The notes below the pieces were generated by a model. The model was not told the origin of the DNA and searched no databases. It saw only the letters and a list, made by a program, of their open reading frames with translations. The position numbers and the translations under genes are program-made. From positions 2,400,001 to 2,464,000 of the forward strand of contig OZ271918.1 in assembly GCA_965602015.1 (NCBI GenBank): a stretch of 64,000 nucleotides of DNA, given 5' to 3'. This document shows, in pieces, positions 42,780-51,776 of the stretch. The first letter of the stretch is position 1. Each line of letters starts with the position of its first letter. This DNA is from Salinispira sp. GTDB taxonomy: Bacteria; Spirochaetota; Spirochaetia; DSM-27196; Salinispiraceae.

Positions 42780-42928
42780 GGCCATAATGTAGGCAAAGGC
42801 CGGGCAAATGTCAACGAATCCTTGCGCCATCGCGTATGTGGCTCTATAGTGGGGAATACTAGGATACTCTGGTATTTTTGTCAGATATGATTTTCACAAT
42901 ACAGCCCCTGCGAACTTGAGGAGGACGG

Positions 42929-44395
42929 ATGCGACGCATCACGGTAGCCCGGGGAGACGGTATCGGCCCCGAAATAATGGATGCCACCCTAAAAATACTT
43001 TCTGCCGCCAAAGCGGAAATAGAACCGGACTTTATTGAAATCGGCGAGGCCCAGTACCTCGCCGGCAACACTGCGGGCATCGGCGACGAAGCCTGGGAGA
43101 GCATCAGGAAAAACCGGGTGGTGCTTAAAGCGCCGATTACCACTCCTCAGGGAGGAGGATACAAGAGTCTCAATGTCACAATCAGGAAGACCCTCGGGCT
43201 CTTCGCGAATGTGCGTCCATGCCGCTCGTTCACCCCGTACGTCGAAACCTATCATCCCCATCTGGACGTGGTCATCATCAGGGAAAACGAGGAAGACCTC
43301 TACGCGGGAATCGAACACCGTCAGACCGTCGACGTGACTCAGGCCCTCAAGCTCATTACCAGGCCCGGGAGCGAACGAATAATCCGCTACGCCTTTGAGT
43401 ATGCCCGGGCATACGGCCGAAAAAAGGTTACGGTAATGATAAAAGACAACATCATGAAGATTACCGACGGCATGTTCCACCGCATCTTTCAGGAAATCAT
43501 GAAAGACTATCCCGATATAGAAACCGAACAGCAAATAATCGATATCGGTACCGCGCGGCTGGCGTCGGCCCCGGAACGCTATGATGTGGTGGTGGCCCCG
43601 AATCTTTACGGTGATATTATTTCCGACGTGGTTGCGGAAATATCCGGGTCAGTCGGCATGGCCGGGTCGGCGAATATCGGCCGGGAAACCGCGATGTTCG
43701 AAGCCATCCATGGATCTGCACCGGACATTGCGGGGAAGAAACTGGCCAATCCCTCAGGACTGATAAACGCCTCGGTCATGATGCTTGTTCACCTCGGGAT
43801 GGCCGAGACCGCGGCACGCATCGAGAACGCCTGGCTGAAGACCATTGAAGACGGAATACACACTGCGGAAATCTACTCGGAGAGCCACAGCAGCCATTTG
43901 GCAAACACCGATGAATTTGCCGACGCGGTCATCGAACGGCTGGGAAGCGGCCCGAAATTCTTTCACGGGGCGGAATTTTCTCTTGAAGCCAAACCGATAG
44001 CGGTGGCGGACTATGTCCGCCCGGATGTCGAAAAGGTGCTGGTAGGGGTGGACGTCTTTCTCGACGACCGAAGCCGTACCCCTGATGAGCTGGGTCAGGC
44101 CCTCGAGCAAATTGCGGCGGCCTGCCGGAGCGAAATTATTCTCAAGGTGATTACCAACCGCGGCGTCAAGGTGTACCCCAAGGGATTTCCCGAGACCTTC
44201 ATTACCGATCACTGGCGCTGCCGCTTCACGTTGAAGGGTGTTCTTCCCAGCGAACCGGCGCCCGGCGCATTGGACGCCGAGTCGGTCATTGAACTTCAGC
44301 AGCTGTTACTTGGAGCCGGTCTCGAAGTGATCAAGACTGAGAATCTGTATTTCTTTGACGGGAAACCCGGCTACTCGCTGGCGCAGGGTGAGTAA
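42929..44395 (+). CDS. icd: NADP-dependent isocitrate dehydrogenase with C-terminal extension
   Basis: GDGIGPEI, KAPITTP, SLNVTIRK, NLYGDIISD, EAIHGSAPDIAG, ITNRGVKVYP. Confidence 0.92.
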   Translation: MRRITVARGDGIGPEIMDATLKILSAAKAEIEPDFIEIGEAQYLAGNTAGIGDEAWESIRKNRVVLKAPITTPQGGGYKSLNVTIRKTLGLFANVRPCRSFTPYVETYHPHLDVVIIRENEEDLYAGIEHRQTVDVTQALKLITRPGSERIIRYAFEYARAYGRKKVTVMIKDNIMKITDGMFHRIFQEIMKDYPDIETEQQIIDIGTARLASAPERYDVVVAPNLYGDIISDVVAEISGSVGMAGSANIGRETAMFEAIHGSAPDIAGKKLANPSGLINASVMMLVHLGMAETAARIENAWLKTIEDGIHTAEIYSESHSSHLANTDEFADAVIERLGSGPKFFHGAEFSLEAKPIAVADYVRPDVEKVLVGVDVFLDDRSRTPDELGQALEQIAAACRSEIILKVITNRGVKVYPKGFPETFITDHWRCRFTLKGVLPSEPAPGALDAESVIELQQLLLGAGLEVIKTENLYFFDGKPGYSLAQGE

Positions 44396-46718
44396 CAGCT
44401 TCAGGGTTTGAGTCGGGGGTTTTACCCGCGCCGGCTTCGTCGGCATTCCCGGAGGTTTCGGGCTTTTCGTCAACCGCTTCCTCCGCCTCTTCGCCGGGGC
44501 GGGTGAGCGGCAGGACGAACCAGAACTCGCTGCCGTCGCCCGGCGAGGACGTGAAACCCGCCTCCCCTCCCTGGGCTTCCACGAGTTTACGGCTAATTGC
44601 GAGGCCTAATCCTGTACCCTCGATATCCCGCACATTAAACGTGCGGCCGAATTCCCTGAAAATGAGGTGATGCTCCGCGGGATCAATGCCGATCCCCTGG
44701 TCCCGTACGGAAAAGCGCAGCAGTTCGCGGTTGCGACGGATAACCACCTCAACGGCAAGCTCTACGGTTCCCGAGTCGCTGTATTTAACCGCATTGCTGA
44801 GGAAATTCATAAGTATCTGTTTGACCCGGTAATGGTCAACAACGATTCTCTCGGGGACGTCGGAGGCAATTTGCCGGCTTAGCTCGAGAAGGGCGGTTTT
44901 TCCTTTGGCCCGGCAATAGCTCTCGCCGTGTACCATCGCGTAATTAATTATCTCGCTGAGGCTGCATTCTTCCGGGTGGATATCGATCGATCCCGATTCG
45001 ATTCGGGAAAGGTTGATAACGTCATCGACGATGTGAATCAGGGTCTTTCCCGCCTCGCTGATGTTGCGGTACGCCTTCAGCTTGCCCCGTTCTTCCTCTC
45101 CGATGAGGGCCTCGAGTTTGGCCATGACCGCCCGGGTTTCCTCCATCTCCTGCTTGTTGAGGTTTTTCGATTCCATGCTGTCTGCAAGCTTCCTGTGGAG
45201 ATAATACATGGCGTTCGAGTCTTCAAACAGAAAGTCCCTGATTCCCGCAAGCTCGGCCGGGGCCTTGTCTCCGAGCTTTTCTGACAATTCCTCCAGGAGA
45301 ACCGCCATATCGTCGTTTTTATCGTAGGCCCCGTAGCTCAAAAGGTCGGTAATGCCGCTGATGCTGTTCAGCGGCGTGCGAAACTCGTGATTCATATTCA
45401 CCAGGAACTTCGACTTGTGAACGTTGGCCATTTCCGCGCGGACTCTGGCGGCTTCGGCTTCCTGGGTGCGCTCCCGCACCTTGTCTTCAAGATTCTGCGC
45501 GTACTCGAGAATCTCCCGCCGCTGTTGACGGATCTTGTCGAGGCTGACGGTAAGTTCCCGGGCGAGCAGGTTGAAGCTTCCGGCAAGATCGCCGATCTCG
45601 TCATTGCTGTGAACCGGCAGCTCGTCGAATCCCCGTTCGCTGCCTATGCTTTTGCGCAGGTTCTCGACTCCTTGGTTGAGATTGATGATCGGCGCGACCA
45701 CGTACATGGTGATCAGCAGGCTCATCAACAGGACCAGAATAAAGAGGGCTGAAATTATTACCCAGAGGTATTCGATTTCCTCAGGAGCCCCGAGTTCCTG
45801 GCGGGGTATGGAAACCTGAGCCAGGAGCAGTTCGTCCCGGGTTTGGAGCAGGGGTAGATAGCCTGAAAGTTCCTGGCGCTCGGCATTTTCCAGGGTCGCG
45901 ATGAACTCCGCATCAAAAAAAAGCCGGGAATCCTGACCCGCTTCGCTGTCCGATTGTGTGAGAAACTCGCCAAAATTTCGCATGGCTTCCGGGGGGAGGC
46001 TGATACTTTCAATGCGTTCGGCATATTCATTGATTGCTGTGGAAAAAAACACCGGAACCGTCAGGCGCTCGGGCGGGCTGCCAAGAAGCTCCGCGGTTCG
46101 AACCGAGTAGATGCTGGTTTTCATTCCCGACACCCTTCGAAGAGCATCGAATACGTATGAATCGACGCTTGACTGCACAAGCACAAAATCCGGCTCTTCG
46201 GAACTGCGCTGCCGCCGAAACCCGTTCATGAGCACAATGCGCCCGTCGTCAAAACTGATGCGCTGCAGCGAAGGGCCCTCGCTGTTGAGGTATTCGGGCA
46301 AATCTTCTGGCTCGGGAAAAAATACCGGCAGGACGGCTTCGGGGGGGCAGCATTCGAACGAGCTGTCGTACAGGCTTGCGCCGTCTCTTTGGGCAATAAA
46401 AACACCTCTGCCCTCGCCGAGGATTCGATCCTCACGGGTGAGGGATTCGATGAGAAAATCACCGCTGTCTCCCACTGCCCGGGAAAAGGCAAAGAGGCTG
46501 CGCCACTCCTCATCCAGCAGCGCCAAAAGGCTCGTGCGGCCATACTCGAGATTTGCCATCCGGTTTTGCAGGTTTATGTCGTCGAATTGCTGCTTAACAT
46601 ATACCGCCACTATAGCCGCGGGTACGACCATGACGGCGAGAAAAATTATCGCAAGCTTGACCAGAAGCGAGAGCCGCAGATTCCCCATAAACCTGAGTAT
46701 ACCATCATTCGCGTTCAT
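44331..46718 (-). CDS. Membrane sensor histidine kinase (HAMP, HisKA with internal insertion, HATPase)
   Basis: 2 TMs, DEIGDLAGSFN, NMNHEFRTPLN, QILMNFLSNAVKY, DQGIGI, GTGLGLAIS. Confidence 0.92.
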   Translation of the reverse strand: MNANDGILRFMGNLRLSLLVKLAIIFLAVMVVPAAIVAVYVKQQFDDINLQNRMANLEYGRTSLLALLDEEWRSLFAFSRAVGDSGDFLIESLTREDRILGEGRGVFIAQRDGASLYDSSFECCPPEAVLPVFFPEPEDLPEYLNSEGPSLQRISFDDGRIVLMNGFRRQRSSEEPDFVLVQSSVDSYVFDALRRVSGMKTSIYSVRTAELLGSPPERLTVPVFFSTAINEYAERIESISLPPEAMRNFGEFLTQSDSEAGQDSRLFFDAEFIATLENAERQELSGYLPLLQTRDELLLAQVSIPRQELGAPEEIEYLWVIISALFILVLLMSLLITMYVVAPIINLNQGVENLRKSIGSERGFDELPVHSNDEIGDLAGSFNLLARELTVSLDKIRQQRREILEYAQNLEDKVRERTQEAEAARVRAEMANVHKSKFLVNMNHEFRTPLNSISGITDLLSYGAYDKNDDMAVLLEELSEKLGDKAPAELAGIRDFLFEDSNAMYYLHRKLADSMESKNLNKQEMEETRAVMAKLEALIGEEERGKLKAYRNISEAGKTLIHIVDDVINLSRIESGSIDIHPEECSLSEIINYAMVHGESYCRAKGKTALLELSRQIASDVPERIVVDHYRVKQILMNFLSNAVKYSDSGTVELAVEVVIRRNRELLRFSVRDQGIGIDPAEHHLIFREFGRTFNVRDIEGTGLGLAISRKLVEAQGGEAGFTSSPGDGSEFWFVLPLTRPGEEAEEAVDEKPETSGNADEAGAGKTPDSNPEAVTHPAPASSRVSRQRNTDSQS

Positions 46719-46732
46719 TGTGCATCGCTCCC

Positions 46733-48370
46733 CTAATCGAGAATAAGCCTGATGCGTTGTCCATACGCAGATGGATCGATGTTTTCCTCCTCGAGATAGG
46801 CGAGAAAGACCGGAAGCAGGCTGTCGGCATGCTGGGTAATCACCGGAAACGATGAAAACTGATCATAGCCGTCTCCTCCGCTATAGAGGTAGCTGGTAAT
46901 AGTGACCTGATAAATATCAAGAGTATCGATGGGACTCCCGCCTATTTCCACCCGCTCGGGATTTATGAAATACCCTGCGCCGTCTTCTTCAATCGAAAAG
47001 CGAAGCCCGGATGCCTGGAGGAAACCCTTCTCATTTTCTGGGTCGCCGAAATAGCTAACCGACTGGCGAAGCACATCGAGGATATCCTCCCCGGACATTT
47101 CGATAGAATAAAGCCCGGACTCGAAAGGCAGGAGACTGTAGGCGTCGAAGAGACTAACCGGTCCTGCGGGTAGGTCTCCCCTTATAGAGCCCGAATTGAT
47201 TAGGGCGATATCCGCACCGCTGTAGTCGCGGATGGCATCGCTGATCAGATCCGCCACACCGGAGGGACCGGAAAATCGATGCTCAAGGTCCACGGGCATG
47301 TCCGCAATTTCGGTGTTGAGCTGAGATTCCGAAGCCTGCCGTATGCTGAAAAGAAGTTCGCTAATTTCTTCATCCGGTTCGATGAGGTCCGACCGGAGGG
47401 GAAACTCGTCATATGCCGTCGGACGGCTGTTTCGCACCATCATCCGGTCCATGGTTAACGCATTGTCGCTGCGCCGGTCGTCAACCAGCACCAGCCGTCC
47501 ATGCCAATGGGTGTAGTCCTGCCATGCCGGAATCGCATCCCGGCTAGCCGGCAGGGGATACCAGGGGAGCCGGGGCTGCGGTGCAAGTCCGTCAACCGGC
47601 AGATCCCTCTCGCCGAGAATGAGTAGATCGATAAACTCAAACTCCTCAAGCTCGTCAAGGATGGAGTTTCCGTCGTCGTTGCTTAATTTATGGCTGACGG
47701 CGTTGACTACAATGAACGGGCGCTCGATAGACGGTTCCTGCTCAGCGCGTATTGCCGTCGAATGCTCCGAGGAAAAACGCCGAAGCGCGTCGCGCACCGC
47801 GGCCCCGGGACTGATGAGGTTGAGGCCCGCAACATTTGCCGGGAGATTGCGGGTAATCAGGTTGGGACTGGACAGTCCGATAATAAGCACATTGCTTTCC
47901 CTATCGTAATAGTACGGCTCCAGATAGGGAGGAATTCCGCCGTCAGATGCTTGTCGCAAATTCGCGGACACAAAGGGGAACTCGGCTAACTGGGCCAGCT
48001 CGGCCAGCCTCTGGGTTCCGTAATAAAATTCCCGGGAATCAGCCACCAGCACATCGCAGCCGAGATAATTAAGCAGGTCGATAATGTTTTCACCACGGGA
48101 AAAGTAGGCCGCGGGAGTCCCGTGGATGATATTGTTATCGGCCATAAAAATTGTCGGCTCGGAACCCCGTCTCAAACTGCCGAGCTGAGAGCTTATAAGG
48201 CTGAATCCCCCCTGCCTCAAATCCTGCCCTTCAATGGTTTCGCTGAAAATGGTTCCCTTGAGGGCGTGTATGCTGATGATGTCAAAGTTAGGGGAAAAGT
48301 CCTGCTGACACGAGAGGAAAAGACCCAGCAGGGCCACAAGCGCCAGAAGCGCCGGTTTATTTATCCTCAC
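46733..48370 (-). CDS. 5'-nucleotidase-fold lipoprotein with degenerate metallophosphoesterase motifs
   Basis: Lipobox FLSC; FPFVSANL; C-terminal domain motifs INSGSIR, LPFE, FLQASGL and GGDGY are intact, while the N-terminal metal ligands are substituted. Confidence 0.82.
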   Translation of the reverse strand: MRINKPALLALVALLGLFLSCQQDFSPNFDIISIHALKGTIFSETIEGQDLRQGGFSLISSQLGSLRRGSEPTIFMADNNIIHGTPAAYFSRGENIIDLLNYLGCDVLVADSREFYYGTQRLAELAQLAEFPFVSANLRQASDGGIPPYLEPYYYDRESNVLIIGLSSPNLITRNLPANVAGLNLISPGAAVRDALRRFSSEHSTAIRAEQEPSIERPFIVVNAVSHKLSNDDGNSILDELEEFEFIDLLILGERDLPVDGLAPQPRLPWYPLPASRDAIPAWQDYTHWHGRLVLVDDRRSDNALTMDRMMVRNSRPTAYDEFPLRSDLIEPDEEISELLFSIRQASESQLNTEIADMPVDLEHRFSGPSGVADLISDAIRDYSGADIALINSGSIRGDLPAGPVSLFDAYSLLPFESGLYSIEMSGEDILDVLRQSVSYFGDPENEKGFLQASGLRFSIEEDGAGYFINPERVEIGGSPIDTLDIYQVTITSYLYSGGDGYDQFSSFPVITQHADSLLPVFLAYLEEENIDPSAYGQRIRLILD

Positions 48371-48569
48371 TTAGTATGCTTTCCTCAATGGTCTTAAAAA
48401 AACTGTCCATGTTTGAACGGATTTTCTCCAGGAACTCTTCCTTTTCATCCTCGGCCATATCGTCCATGGCGCCGAGGCACAAAAGGTCTATGAGTCCCTT
48501 GAGCCGATTCATGTTTTCCCGAAGGAGGAAATCCGCCTCTTCCTTGTAGAGTTTCCCGAGTTTGCTCAT
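48357..48569 (-). CDS. Small helical protein resembling a histidine-less DHp (HisKA-like) domain
   Basis: 70 aa; its ATG overlaps the upstream TGA (TGATG) and its 3' end overlaps the next gene; aligns by eye to the neighbouring kinase H-box helix. Confidence 0.7.
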   Translation of the reverse strand: MSKLGKLYKEEADFLLRENMNRLKGLIDLLCLGAMDDMAEDEKEEFLEKIRSNMDSFFKTIEESILSEDK

Positions 48570-49006
48570 CAGCCCAACCCCATCCGCTGCCTGATTTTTT
48601 CCGGTATGCTCAGACCGAGCACCGTACTGATTTTCTGAAGCATTTCCGACTGATTGATCGGTTTGGTTATATATTCGGAGAACCCCGCCCTCAGGCAGCG
48701 GTCCCGGTCGGATTCCATACCGTCATGGGCGTCCATTGCCTGGGCGGTGACCGCCCAAATCGGGGTGTCCCGGAACTCAGGCAGGGTGCGGATGACCTTG
48801 ACCACCTCTATGCCCGAATCCTCCCGCTCCATCTTCACATCCATGAGAATGAGATCGGGCTTTTCATTTCTAATGATTTCCACGGATTTTACACCCTCCG
48901 ATGCTTCGAGGATGACGACGCCGGCTTTGGGCCCGAACAGCCTGAGCAGGGTTTTGAGAACATATCTGTTGGATTCCAGGTCATCGACAATCAATACTTT
49001 CGGCAT
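48569..49006 (-). CDS. Single-domain response regulator (receiver only)
   Basis: Start reassigned to MPKVLIVDD (AGGAGG SD); PDLILMD, VTA, ITKP. Confidence 0.92.
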   Translation of the reverse strand: MPKVLIVDDLESNRYVLKTLLRLFGPKAGVVILEASEGVKSVEIIRNEKPDLILMDVKMEREDSGIEVVKVIRTLPEFRDTPIWAVTAQAMDAHDGMESDRDRCLRAGFSEYITKPINQSEMLQKISTVLGLSIPEKIRQRMGLG

Positions 49007-49025
49007 GAATCCTCCTGGGACTGAA

Positions 49026-49733
49026 CTATATGCTATTATAAATTTGCAGTTTTTTCCACAAGGAATCATCCTGGACCGGTCTGGGGTCGGCGATTATGTC
49101 CATCTCTTCCCGGGAAACCGGATGAGTGAAGCTGAGGCGCCGGGCGTGAAGGCTGATCCCCCCCTGCGGGTTGCTTCTCTTGGCTCCGTATTTTAAATCA
49201 CCCCGAATATGAACGCCCAAGGTTTCAAGCTGAGCGCGGATCTGGTGATGCCGCCCGCTGTGCAGGCGAATTTCGAGCAGGTGGTAGCGCTCCGCGCTGT
49301 GAATCAGGCGGTAATCGAGGGACGCGGCCTTGCGCCGGGGGCCGTCGGAATCGAAGGCCTTGGACTTGTTGGTTTTAGCATTTTTTACGAGGAAATGCTC
49401 CAGCCGCCCCTCGACCGAGGGCGGCAGAGCGTCAACCAGGGCCCAATAGTATTTCCCCACGCCTGAGCCCGCGAAGAGACTGTTCATCCGGCTCAGGGCC
49501 TTGGATGTTTTGGCCAGGAGCAGAACCCCGCTGGTCGGGCGATCAAGGCGATGAATAAGGCCGAGAAAGGCATTGCCCGGTTTACCGTCCCGGATGCGGA
49601 TGAAGTCCCTGACCTCTTCAAGGAGCGGGCGGTCCCCGCTTTTATCGCCCTGAACCAGTTCGGAGCACGCCTTGTTGACCGCAATGAGGTGATTATCCTC
49701 GAAGAGAATCCGCTCTCCGATTCCTCCTACCAT
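49026..49733 (-). CDS. RluA-family pseudouridine synthase (no S4 domain)
   Basis: IHRLDRPTSG, SGRHHQIRAQL, GDLKYG. Confidence 0.92.
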   Translation of the reverse strand: MVGGIGERILFEDNHLIAVNKACSELVQGDKSGDRPLLEEVRDFIRIRDGKPGNAFLGLIHRLDRPTSGVLLLAKTSKALSRMNSLFAGSGVGKYYWALVDALPPSVEGRLEHFLVKNAKTNKSKAFDSDGPRRKAASLDYRLIHSAERYHLLEIRLHSGRHHQIRAQLETLGVHIRGDLKYGAKRSNPQGGISLHARRLSFTHPVSREEMDIIADPRPVQDDSLWKKLQIYNSI

Positions 49734-51712
49734 TGAACCGCCTGGAGAAGATATTCGCCCCGGCCTTCTTCGTAGTAGGGCATGACCACCAGGGTGTAGA
49801 CTCCGCTTTCTTCCACCGTAAAATCAATCCGGGAGTTGCTTCCGTCGTAGTCATCGTTTTCCAAAAACGCCTCGCCGTCGGGGTCATTTATATACAACCT
49901 GGTGTCGAAACTGTCGGATTCCACCGTTATGCTTACCGATTGACCCTCTACAAGCTCGATTTCCTCAATGTCAAAGCGGGTGCCCCGGATATCCCGCTGG
50001 TCGCTGCTGTCGATGCTGCCGCTAATCTGCAGAATGATGTTTGCCCGGCCGCCGGAGCTGTAGCTCACTTCGTACGCCCCGATGCTGTTGCTGAAGGCCT
50101 GGGCGACCAACTGATACACCCCGGTAACCGGAGCTATCAGCTCGAGGAGTGAATTCAGGTTTTCCAGTCCGTCGTCATTGCTGAATTCCTGTCCGTTGGG
50201 AGCCACGAGGGTGAGATAGGTATCGAGGTCCTCGGAAATCATGGTAATTCGAATCTGATTCCCCTCTTCGGCATAGATACTGTACAGGTCGCCGGGGCCG
50301 ACGTCGTAGATTTCTTCGGTACCGGTGATGGCCGCGGTAATGGTTTCATCGAGGGCGATCTCGTAACCGTCGGGATACTCTTCCATGCTGCCCAGTTGAG
50401 AAGGCCGGGTCCGCAATATATACTCGCCGCCGCCGGAACCGGAAAAGGAGCTCACGCCGATGGTAATTGTTCCCTGTTCTTCAAAAAAGTAGCTGAGCAC
50501 TGAGGCATAAATGTACTCTTCCAGGTAGGAGTCGTCGTCGAAGTAGCTGTTTCCCCTGCTGTCGGTGACGCTGAGATAGGTGTCAAAATCATCGCTCAGC
50601 AGTTCGACGACGACGAAATCTCCGGCGTTGCCCGAGAGCTCATAGCGGGTCTGGCCGCTCAACCGACCCCGGATCTCCTCATTCAGGGCGATAGTTTGGG
50701 GTCTGGAAACCAGCAGTTCAAAGCCGCCCCCGCCGCTGCCCCATGACGCCGCTTCTACGATAATCTCGTCTCCCGCTTCGAGATTGACGCTGAGCACAGA
50801 ATTGCTTCCGTCGCCGCCGTCATCGTCCTGAAGCTCCAGGCCGTCGGGACCGGTGACGCGCAGGACCGTGTCGAATTCCTGGCTGTTCATAAAAATCGTG
50901 AAGGATCCGCTTTCCGGGGCGACAAAGCTGTAGTACAGCGGCGCCCCGACAAGCCGGCCCCTGGTGATCCCCGAGGCCGATAATCGGGCCGGTTCGCCCA
51001 ACTCTTCAACAGTGAGGAAATAGCTTCCCCGGGACTCCCCTCCGAAGGAGGACGCGCCGACCAGAAGGTCCTGGTCCTGGCTGAAGGTGAGTACCGCGAT
51101 GCTGTCGCTGCCATCGCCGTCGTCCCAGCTTCGCAGCTGTCCGTCGGGGTAGCGGATATACAGGTACGCGTCAAAATCGCCGGACTCCAGAATGAGCTGA
51201 AGCCTGTCGCCGGCGCTTACCGCGAGGGGGTACCAGTTCACTATCCTGCCGGCTTCGCTGTCCACGGGAAGATCGGATGAAAGGGTTCCGCGCCTGGTCT
51301 GGCCGGGCTGAAGCGCCTCGTTGCCGCTGCTTCTGCTGACTTTGAGGAAGAACGAACCAGTGCCGTCAGATCGGGCATCGACGTACCCCACGGCAATACG
51401 CATGGTACCGCTTTCAAAGGCGAACTGGGTGACTGCCGCCTGGGAGCCCGTTCCCATGATTCCGCTGGAAAGCCCCGACGGACTGATAACCTCCAGATAA
51501 GGGGTGAAATCCAGGCTGATGGCTTCGATTGAAAGGTAATCGCCTTCGCGCACCTCGATGCTGTACCATTGCAGCTCGGACTGGCCATCCCCTCCCCGTC
51601 GGACGCTGATCTCGCCTGAGATATCAAGCAGTTCCTCCTGACCAAAAAGCGGTGAAGAAATCACCAGCAGTGCGAGAAGGGCGGTTTTGAGTACGTTGTT
51701 GAATTGTTTCAT
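49727..51712 (-). CDS. Secreted protein with tandem PPC-like beta domains
   Basis: Signal peptide; about six repeats of S.DFD.YL...PDG...DDG...NS. Confidence 0.75.
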   Translation of the reverse strand: MKQFNNVLKTALLALLVISSPLFGQEELLDISGEISVRRGGDGQSELQWYSIEVREGDYLSIEAISLDFTPYLEVISPSGLSSGIMGTGSQAAVTQFAFESGTMRIAVGYVDARSDGTGSFFLKVSRSSGNEALQPGQTRRGTLSSDLPVDSEAGRIVNWYPLAVSAGDRLQLILESGDFDAYLYIRYPDGQLRSWDDGDGSDSIAVLTFSQDQDLLVGASSFGGESRGSYFLTVEELGEPARLSASGITRGRLVGAPLYYSFVAPESGSFTIFMNSQEFDTVLRVTGPDGLELQDDDGGDGSNSVLSVNLEAGDEIIVEAASWGSGGGGFELLVSRPQTIALNEEIRGRLSGQTRYELSGNAGDFVVVELLSDDFDTYLSVTDSRGNSYFDDDSYLEEYIYASVLSYFFEEQGTITIGVSSFSGSGGGEYILRTRPSQLGSMEEYPDGYEIALDETITAAITGTEEIYDVGPGDLYSIYAEEGNQIRITMISEDLDTYLTLVAPNGQEFSNDDGLENLNSLLELIAPVTGVYQLVAQAFSNSIGAYEVSYSSGGRANIILQISGSIDSSDQRDIRGTRFDIEEIELVEGQSVSITVESDSFDTRLYINDPDGEAFLENDDYDGSNSRIDFTVEESGVYTLVVMPYYEEGRGEYLLQAVQW

Positions 51713-51776
51713 ACAAACTCCAGATGTAATGCTTCGGCGGTACTTTCTGCCGGAAAAAATGCAACCAGTAGTCAGC

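Noticed and set aside
44331..44395. 65-bp convergent overlap between icd and the histidine kinase
   Set aside because: It involves only a low-complexity kinase tail; such overlaps are common and not evidence of a special mechanism.
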